A stretch of DNA of 64,000 nucleotides from Patescibacteria group bacterium (GTDB lineage Bacteria > Patescibacteriota > Patescibacteriia > UBA9570): NCBI GenBank assembly GCA_041665365.1, contig JBAYIY010000001.1:104720-168719 (forward strand), written 5' to 3'. Shown in pieces: positions 58,098-64,000 of this stretch. The notes under the pieces were generated by a model. That model searched no databases, was not told the origin of the DNA, and was given only the letters and a program-made list of their open reading frames with translations. A program made the translations under genes and the position numbers. Positions within the stretch are counted from its first letter, which is position 1; each line of letters opens with the position of its first letter.

Positions 58098-59011
58098 TAC
58101 ACCTTCAAGTATCTCCCAATCGAAAGCATACTACTCCCCAAAGCCAGCGCTAATGATATTAAGAATTGGCTCAGAACAATAATCCAGAAATTACTCAAGA
58201 AAAATACATTCAAGCTGAAATTATAGCCGGCAAAAAAACTATCGACATAAGGTGAAGCGGAAAATACGGTGATGGCTAAGGCCACAGTGGCTAAGGTACA
58301 GGCACAGACGGCATACAAAACACCTTCCCATAAGAAGGGGGCACGAATAAACCAATTAGTGGCTCCGACCAACTTCATAATCCCCAACTCTTCTCGGTGA
58401 GAATAGATGGCTACCCGAATGGTGTTATATAACATAATTACCGATATCAACACAAATATGCCACTAATCAATAAACCACCTTGATAAATCCGTTTGGTAA
58501 TTTCGGATAATTTCGTAATGGCGGCTTGGTGATCAGAAAAATTCTTCTTATCCACTAACACATTATATTCGGATGCCGAAAAAGCATCACTAATTACTTG
58601 GTAGTTATCCAGGTCATTAGATTGCACACTAAGTGTGGCTGGTAACGGGTTCTCATCTAGTTCACCTAAGGCCGCTTGAATATCAGGATCATCGGCATGA
58701 GTTTCAGTAAAGCTAGACAAGGCTTCCGCTTTGGAAATATAACGCACATTGGTCACTTCGGGTAATGATTCTAAATAAATTTTAGCTTTTAATATATCGC
58801 TTTCATCCGTACTGGCTTTAAACGTGAAATCAATATTGATTTTTTCCTCAACGGCATTAATCGCTTGGTCGGCCACTAAATTTAGCGTGCTCACTAAACC
58901 AACAATAAATAAGGTTAACGATAAAATCAGAATGGTGATACTGGAAATCCAGAGGTTTCTCCAAAAATGTTGAGTGGCATACTTAGTCGTGCGCGTTATA
59001 AAAACCAACAT
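58097..59011 (-). CDS. ftsX: Cell-division ABC transporter permease FtsX
   Basis: 304 aa. N-terminal TM, a large periplasmic loop and 3 C-terminal TMs. Directly follows ftsE. Confidence 0.75.
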   Translation of the reverse strand: MLVFITRTTKYATQHFWRNLWISSITILILSLTLFIVGLVSTLNLVADQAINAVEEKINIDFTFKASTDESDILKAKIYLESLPEVTNVRYISKAEALSSFTETHADDPDIQAALGELDENPLPATLSVQSNDLDNYQVISDAFSASEYNVLVDKKNFSDHQAAITKLSEITKRIYQGGLLISGIFVLISVIMLYNTIRVAIYSHREELGIMKLVGATNWFIRAPFLWEGVLYAVCACTLATVALAITVFSASPYVDSFFAGYNFSLNVFFLSNFWIIVLSQFLISLALALGSSMLSIGRYLKV

Positions 59012-59012
59012 A

Positions 59013-59693
59013 TTATAAAGTATACTTACCGGCTTCTTGATCGGATACTATCACGCCATCATCAATGGTGACTACGCGTCGCCGTAAGCGATCCACAATA
59101 TCTTTATTATGTGTGACTAACATAATAGTAGTACCTAAGGTATTTATTTTTAATAACAAATCTATCACTTCTTGGGCATTAATGGTATCTAAACTGCCAG
59201 TCGGTTCATCGGCTACTAGCACTTTTGGTCGGTGTACTAGGGCTCGACCAATGGCCACACGTTGCTGTTGACCACCGGATAATTGGTGCGGAAATTTATC
59301 CCGTTTATTCTCCAAACCAACCACTTTTAACACTTGCGGCACAATCGTATTGATTTTACTTTGTTCTACCCCACACACTTCTAAAGCAAACGTGATGTTT
59401 TCATAAACCGTTCTTTTGGGTAATAATTTATAATCTTGAAACACTACTCCAACCTGCCGCCGTAAGACTGGAATGTCATGGGATTTTATATCGGTAATAT
59501 CCCAACCACCGATCACTACTCTACCCCGGGTTGGATGTTCCTCGGCAATTACCATCTTAGCTAAAGTCGTTTTACCAGTGCCAGATTGGCCAACAATTGA
59601 AATGAATTCACCCGAGCGCACTAACAAAGACAAATCACGGGCGGCGTAAGTGTTATCGGAATATATTTTGGTTACTTTTTTGAATTCGATCAT
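59013..59693 (-). CDS. ftsE: Cell-division ABC transporter ATP-binding protein FtsE
   Basis: 226 aa. GQSGTGKTT, LSGGQQQRVAIGRAL, LVADEPTGSLD. Confidence 0.85.
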   Translation of the reverse strand: MIEFKKVTKIYSDNTYAARDLSLLVRSGEFISIVGQSGTGKTTLAKMVIAEEHPTRGRVVIGGWDITDIKSHDIPVLRRQVGVVFQDYKLLPKRTVYENITFALEVCGVEQSKINTIVPQVLKVVGLENKRDKFPHQLSGGQQQRVAIGRALVHRPKVLVADEPTGSLDTINAQEVIDLLLKINTLGTTIMLVTHNKDIVDRLRRRVVTIDDGVIVSDQEAGKYTL

Positions 59694-60424
59694 GGTACTA
59701 ATTGAACTGTCACGGTGGCAACGCCAGCTGACAAATCGGCTATTTTTGAAAAATCATCGCGGGTTAAATCTACTACTCGCCCCGGAATAAATGGTCCGGT
59801 GGAAACAATAGTGGAATCGACATAAGCACCGGTGGCCACATTGGTAGTTCGAATCCGACTACCCATTGGGAAAGAGTTACACGCCGCTCCTGTCCAATCA
59901 TACCAACTAGCCAAGCCCTCGACAACCTCTCCGCTGGCATTCTTTTCGAACAAAGCAATAATAGCGTGTTTTTTAAGTAATCTGCCTCTTTGCACCAATA
60001 AATTATTAACATTAGATTGTTTACCAACGGGGCGCCAACGGTTTACTACTGAATCATAATACTTAACCACTATTGTCTGACCACCATAACTGGCCGGATA
60101 AGACAGTTGCAGTGCCACGGGCTGTTTTAATTTAAAAGTATCTTGACTTTGAAAGCTGTAACGATATAAATCAGAGATCGGTTGGGAGGTGCCATAATAT
60201 TTTTCCGGATGAGCCACTTTACTTAATTTAACCCGGAGTTTTTTGGCACCGGATACACTGGCCGCCGGCAAACCGAGCCAAGCTGTTTGCGTTGGATTGA
60301 CTAGTGTATAACCAGACCGCAAAGCATCCCGCCGCAATACAGTCTCCACACTGAAAAGATCAGCCGCCAAAGTGGGTAATGTGACCGATAATAAAACTAT
60401 ACCCGTTAGAAAATAATATTTCAT
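59690..60424 (-). CDS. RlpA-like double-psi beta-barrel (DPBB) secreted protein
   Basis: 244 aa with signal peptide. GLASWYDWTGAACNSFPMGSRIRTTNVATGAYVDSTIVSTGPFIPGRVVDLTRDDFSKI is RlpA/expansin-like. Confidence 0.55.
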   Translation of the reverse strand: MKYYFLTGIVLLSVTLPTLAADLFSVETVLRRDALRSGYTLVNPTQTAWLGLPAASVSGAKKLRVKLSKVAHPEKYYGTSQPISDLYRYSFQSQDTFKLKQPVALQLSYPASYGGQTIVVKYYDSVVNRWRPVGKQSNVNNLLVQRGRLLKKHAIIALFEKNASGEVVEGLASWYDWTGAACNSFPMGSRIRTTNVATGAYVDSTIVSTGPFIPGRVVDLTRDDFSKIADLSAGVATVTVQLVP

Positions 60425-60427
60425 AAA

Positions 60428-60841
60428 TCAAACTAAAGCGTTAATTTCCTCAACAATTTGTTTTGGCACCACGTTTGATTTTACGATGTAACCATTGGCT
60501 CCCAAAGTTTCGGCCATTTGCCGATCTTCATTATTATCCAAATTAGTCATGATAATAACCGGCACCAACTCATACCATTTATTCTGCCGTAACCATTGCA
60601 AAATTTCGAACCCGGCTCGATCCCTAAATTTTACAGCTTCTGTGCGCGCTCCAGGCAAAATTAGATCGAGCAACACTACGGACGGCTTTTTATTTTCGGC
60701 CAGTAACCGCTCAAATAACTCGAAAGCATCCTGTTTGGTGCTAGCTGCTAACACCTGACCAATTTTATGTAGACCAAAGCTGTATAATGATACGAGCGAT
60801 GGTTCATCTTCAATCAGGACAATCCTTAAATCGCTTGACAT
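60428..60841 (-). CDS. Stand-alone response-regulator receiver (REC) domain protein
   Basis: 137 aa. RIVLIEDEPSLVSLY...VVLLDLILPG. Confidence 0.7.
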   Translation of the reverse strand: MSSDLRIVLIEDEPSLVSLYSFGLHKIGQVLAASTKQDAFELFERLLAENKKPSVVLLDLILPGARTEAVKFRDRAGFEILQWLRQNKWYELVPVIIMTNLDNNEDRQMAETLGANGYIVKSNVVPKQIVEEINALV

Positions 60842-60927
60842 ACGGGCTGAATGATACTATTTTTACTCTCGTTCGTCAACCCCCACACTAGCCGACTTGT
60901 CGGCCGGAGTGAATCTGATGAACGAAG

Positions 60928-61003
60928 GCCGATGTAGCTCAGCTGGTAGAGCAACGGTATCGTAAACCGTGGGTCGCCGGTTCAATTCCGGCCATCGGCT
61001 CCA
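60928..61003 (+). tRNA. tRNA-Thr(CGU): tRNA-Thr (anticodon CGT), CCA encoded
   Basis: GCCGATGTAGCTCAGCTGGTAGAGCAACGGTATCGTAAACCGTGGGTCGCCGGTTCAATTCCGGCCATCGGCTCCA. Anticodon stem ACGGT/ACCGT, loop AUCGUAA, and a GGTTCAATTCC T-arm. Confidence 0.8.
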
Positions 61004-61013
61004 ATGTTTTGAT

Positions 61014-61637
61014 CTAGTCTTTATCAGCAAACACCACTAGCCGCGTGGCATATTGTTTAGCATTCTTGTCCCAGGTACCGGAACAGGTAATCAGATTGAG
61101 ATGTGCCTTGTTATCGTTTGAGGTAAAAACATCCGTCGCATCAGCTTCAGCATCATACGTTCGGCTATCACGCACAATAAAACTAACTAACTGTCCGGTA
61201 CTATCCTCCAGGGTAATTTTATCGCCGGTTTTTAATTTATTTAAATCTTCAAATACTCCAGTGGCACCGTTGTACCAATCAACATGTCCGGCGATAACGG
61301 CACTGCCTGTTTCTCCCGGGCGAGGCCCTAATTCATACCAGCCACCGTTTAACGGGTCTTGCGGCACGGCCATTGAGCCATCATCAGTTAAACCCACTGC
61401 TTCAACCGCAGCATCAACTGCAATACTCGGGATTTTAAGACGTTGCGGTAAGCCAATTGCAGAAACGTCTGGCGTTTCATTATTAATTACGATTTCAGGT
61501 TCACTTTTTTCATTCACTACCACATGAGGAGTAAAAACATTTCTCCAAACTAACAGACCAAACAGCACAACTGCTAGAGCGGCTAAGGTTAGTATTATAT
61601 TGACTGGATTAAGTATTTTTTTATGCATGCCTTTCAC
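61014..61637 (-). CDS. Sortase-family transpeptidase
   Basis: 207 aa. N-terminal signal-anchor, AGHVD His, LNLITC Cys motif, ATRLVV Arg. GTG start at 61637 overlaps the upstream stop (GTGA). An alternative ATG lies at 61628. Confidence 0.65.
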   Translation of the reverse strand: MKGMHKKILNPVNIILTLAALAVVLFGLLVWRNVFTPHVVVNEKSEPEIVINNETPDVSAIGLPQRLKIPSIAVDAAVEAVGLTDDGSMAVPQDPLNGGWYELGPRPGETGSAVIAGHVDWYNGATGVFEDLNKLKTGDKITLEDSTGQLVSFIVRDSRTYDAEADATDVFTSNDNKAHLNLITCSGTWDKNAKQYATRLVVFADKD

Positions 61638-63964
61638 TGCTCAGGCTCGACGCCTGTATCAGGTAATCCAGGTACAAATACAACTGTGTCTGTAGGTGAT
61701 GGTAATGCTGTAGCCACAACGACCGTAATAATAGCAAAGTCGCGCGCGATCAAACCGTTGGCCTCACCTGTCGCGACGGCCGTATTTGTGGTAGTTTCCG
61801 TAAGATTTGTCTGACAGGTGTACACCCATGATTCGGTCGGATCAAGTTTAGAATCGTCATTGATGTCGCCCGACACAAATGTTAACGGACTACATTTATC
61901 ATCCGAAAGCGTCACATGACTCAATGGGACAGTTCCTGGGTTAGTGATTGTTTCCGTATAAGTGACCAGCCCCCCATCAACTGACAACGCCAGCGGATCT
62001 GGAATTTTTGTGACGTGGATCAACGGCGGCACAACTGGAACACCAACCACCACCGTGGCACTGGCAATATCCGTGGCGCTGATACCGTTGGCCCAACCAG
62101 TCGCAACAACCGTGTTGGTATGCGTTTCCTGAAGCGTAGTGGTACAGGTAAATGTCCATGTTTCATTCAGATCGAGTTTCGCGTCAGCATTAGCATCACC
62201 AGATATAAGTACAATGGGGCTACAAGTATCACCAACCAATGTAATATCAGTTACCGGCAGAGTCCCAATATTAGTTAATGTGTAGGTGTATTCCACTTTC
62301 CCTGGACCATCTGGCAAAGACAGTAGATTCGGCACCTTCACTACATCAATGATAGGCGGTACAACATTAGGTGGAACCACCACAGCGGCTATGTCATTAT
62401 TCGTGATAATACAGAACAAGTTGTCGCCCGGATTGAGAGCCATCTGACCATTACTATTACAATCGCCTGATATTGTCTGCGTATAATTAGGGTCATCGGT
62501 TTCAGACACCGTATATGTTGCCGGTGCGGAAAACGTGTTGGTTTCGCCAGAAATGACGCTAGTAGTACCCACAAACAATGGAAAATCACCCACAGTCTTA
62601 GTCCCACCATTATCATTCACAACCGTTTTGACGACATTGATTGTCGCAGTCGGCACTACAACAGCTGCCATATCATTATTCGTGATGGTGCAGGTCTGGT
62701 CATCAGCCAAGGAAAGTGTCACGTGGCCCGTTGCATCACAATCCCCACTAAACGTTGCATTATATCCAAAAAATGCATCCTCACTCACAACATATGCACC
62801 GGCATCTAAGGTATATGCAGTTCCAGGCGATGCCGCTCCAGGTGCCGGGCTTCCTGACACATCCACGCCTCCATTCTTCACATACAAATTAAAATCAGAT
62901 CGCACAGCCGTTCCACCATCATTGTTCACAACACGTTTAATGACGTGTAAAGTGGCTGGAATATCATTGTTAATAATCCTGCAAGTCTTGTCCTCACCCG
63001 CCGCCAGCGTAATGTTACCGCTCGCATCACAATCCCCTGTGAAACTTTGTGTATAGGAGGTATTTACATCTTCACTGACCGCATAGGTTCCTGCAGTTAG
63101 GGTATAAGCTGTGCCAGGGGATGCAACACCAGGTGCCGGACTGTCGGCGACGTCTGCACCACCCGTCATCACGTGCAGATTAAAGTCAGACCGCACAGCC
63201 GTACCGCCATTGTCATTGGTAACCGTTTTTATCACACGCAGAGTTGCGGGAACGGGAGCACATGTGGCACGCGTAATGGTATTAGTATCTAAAGTAACGG
63301 CACCATTTCTGGCTAAAACGCGACCTTCGACATTAGCTCTGGTGGTAAGAGTAGCTGAGGTTAAGGCCAGAATATTACCTTTAAAGGTGGAGGTGGCACC
63401 GAGTGTAGCGGAACTGCCGACTTGCCAAAAAACGTTACACGCCTGAGCACTATTAATAAGACTTACCGTACTTGCTCCTGCTGTAATCAGAGTGGAAGCG
63501 GTTTTAAAGATAAAAACCGCATTAGGGTCACCCTGGGCGTCCAGCGTCAGGGTTCCTGTGATTCCAAAGGTGCCTGAGGCAGAGTTATAAACCCCTGAAG
63601 TTTTAGTCGTTCCCCCAAGCTCAGTTGCGACTGTAGAAACTGGTGTTTGTCCGGCGGCGTTTGTATAGGCTGTTACCAGATCAACTTTAGCCTGCACAGC
63701 AGTAGCATCGGCTACATGGGACGTTCCATTCAACGTTCCTGGTGGAAAACCAGTAACAGACGTACCGGGGCTAAGACCGAGATCGCCATTTAATACACTC
63801 GACCCCGTGTTAGTGACGGTTGAGCCGCCTAACACGACAAAATTATCCGCTGAGCCAAGATCCACGGCCGTAGCCGCACTAACTGCATTAATTCTAGCTA
63901 GACCAAATGCAAATACAGTAGTTAAAACGATAGCTGAAAATCTACTAAAATCTTCACCTACCAT
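61634..63964 (-). CDS. Surface protein: ice-binding-like (DUF3494) N-domain + three prealbumin/Ig-like repeats + two DUF11-like repeats + C-terminal LPDTG
   Basis: 776 aa with signal peptide. AVDLGSADNFVVLGGSTVTNTGSSVLNGDLGLSPGTSVTGFPPG (DUF3494 head). Three repeats of about 95 aa L.VIK.V.NDNGGTAVRSDF.L.V...GDCD...C.I.NND. Two repeats of about 95 aa Y(T/E)(L/I)TN(I/P)GT(L/V)P. Ends ...VFVPGLPDTGVEPEQ*. Confidence 0.65.
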   Translation of the reverse strand: MVGEDFSRFSAIVLTTVFAFGLARINAVSAATAVDLGSADNFVVLGGSTVTNTGSSVLNGDLGLSPGTSVTGFPPGTLNGTSHVADATAVQAKVDLVTAYTNAAGQTPVSTVATELGGTTKTSGVYNSASGTFGITGTLTLDAQGDPNAVFIFKTASTLITAGASTVSLINSAQACNVFWQVGSSATLGATSTFKGNILALTSATLTTRANVEGRVLARNGAVTLDTNTITRATCAPVPATLRVIKTVTNDNGGTAVRSDFNLHVMTGGADVADSPAPGVASPGTAYTLTAGTYAVSEDVNTSYTQSFTGDCDASGNITLAAGEDKTCRIINNDIPATLHVIKRVVNNDGGTAVRSDFNLYVKNGGVDVSGSPAPGAASPGTAYTLDAGAYVVSEDAFFGYNATFSGDCDATGHVTLSLADDQTCTITNNDMAAVVVPTATINVVKTVVNDNGGTKTVGDFPLFVGTTSVISGETNTFSAPATYTVSETDDPNYTQTISGDCNSNGQMALNPGDNLFCIITNNDIAAVVVPPNVVPPIIDVVKVPNLLSLPDGPGKVEYTYTLTNIGTLPVTDITLVGDTCSPIVLISGDANADAKLDLNETWTFTCTTTLQETHTNTVVATGWANGISATDIASATVVVGVPVVPPLIHVTKIPDPLALSVDGGLVTYTETITNPGTVPLSHVTLSDDKCSPLTFVSGDINDDSKLDPTESWVYTCQTNLTETTTNTAVATGEANGLIARDFAIITVVVATALPSPTDTVVFVPGLPDTGVEPEQ

Positions 63965-64000
63965 TTAATCACTCGCTTATTCAAATAAGAATATAATAAC

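Noticed and set aside
61620-61650. Possibility that the big surface protein and the sortase are one frameshifted ORF
   Set aside because: The sortase needs its own signal-anchor, and HKK + hydrophobic + RN is a normal type II anchor. The catalytic domain is complete. This is kept only as an alternative in the finding on the sortase and LPDTG protein.

Overview
This is an AT-rich (roughly 38% GC) bacterial chromosomal segment with short, tightly packed genes. The combination of features suggests a small-genome, possibly monoderm or CPR/Patescibacteria-like organism, but that is inference only. The first 29 kb is core-like. It carries a shikimate-pathway operon on the minus strand (aroA, an aroK-aroE fusion, DAHP synthase, aroB, aroC). 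It also carries a peptidase cluster, tRNA-Pro, Bcp peroxiredoxin, a DEAD-box helicase and a type IV pilus locus (REC, PilB, PilC, four prepilins including a 460-aa LVIVD-repeat pilin). ABC-F, RmuC, an SDR and an FKBP lipoprotein follow. From about 29.6 kb to 57.5 kb the window looks like an accretion island anchored on tRNA-Gln(TTG) at 57467-57539. An exact 21-bp copy of the tRNA 3' end sits at 35053-35073, and degenerate copies lie at about 32.9, 35.75 and 36.1 kb. Inside the island are two paralogous heliorhodopsins (each duplicated together with about 250 bp of downstream sequence). A five-gene operon with a HEPN-like protein, zinc-finger proteins and a DUF4263/Shedu-like PD-(D/E)xK nuclease lies next to two DNA methyltransferases. 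A cryptic phage module follows (ParB-MTase, MTase, TerS-like, TerL, large serine recombinase). Three sharply GC-rich (about 55-60%) foreign genes are present, including a 943-aa M23 peptidase/FG-GAP/MopE-repeat protein. A conserved roughly 50-bp motif occurs four times upstream of minus-strand genes (FKBP, ArsR, heliorhodopsin 2 and a gene remnant). There is also a palindromic repeat family (GTAGAGACGT...), a DUF559 Vsr-like endonuclease flanked by 24-bp terminal inverted repeats, and a 716-bp single-gene cassette flanked by direct and inverted repeats. After the island come FtsEX, an RlpA-like protein, a REC protein, tRNA-Thr(CGT), a sortase and a 776-aa ice-binding-like/DUF11 surface protein ending in LPDTG.
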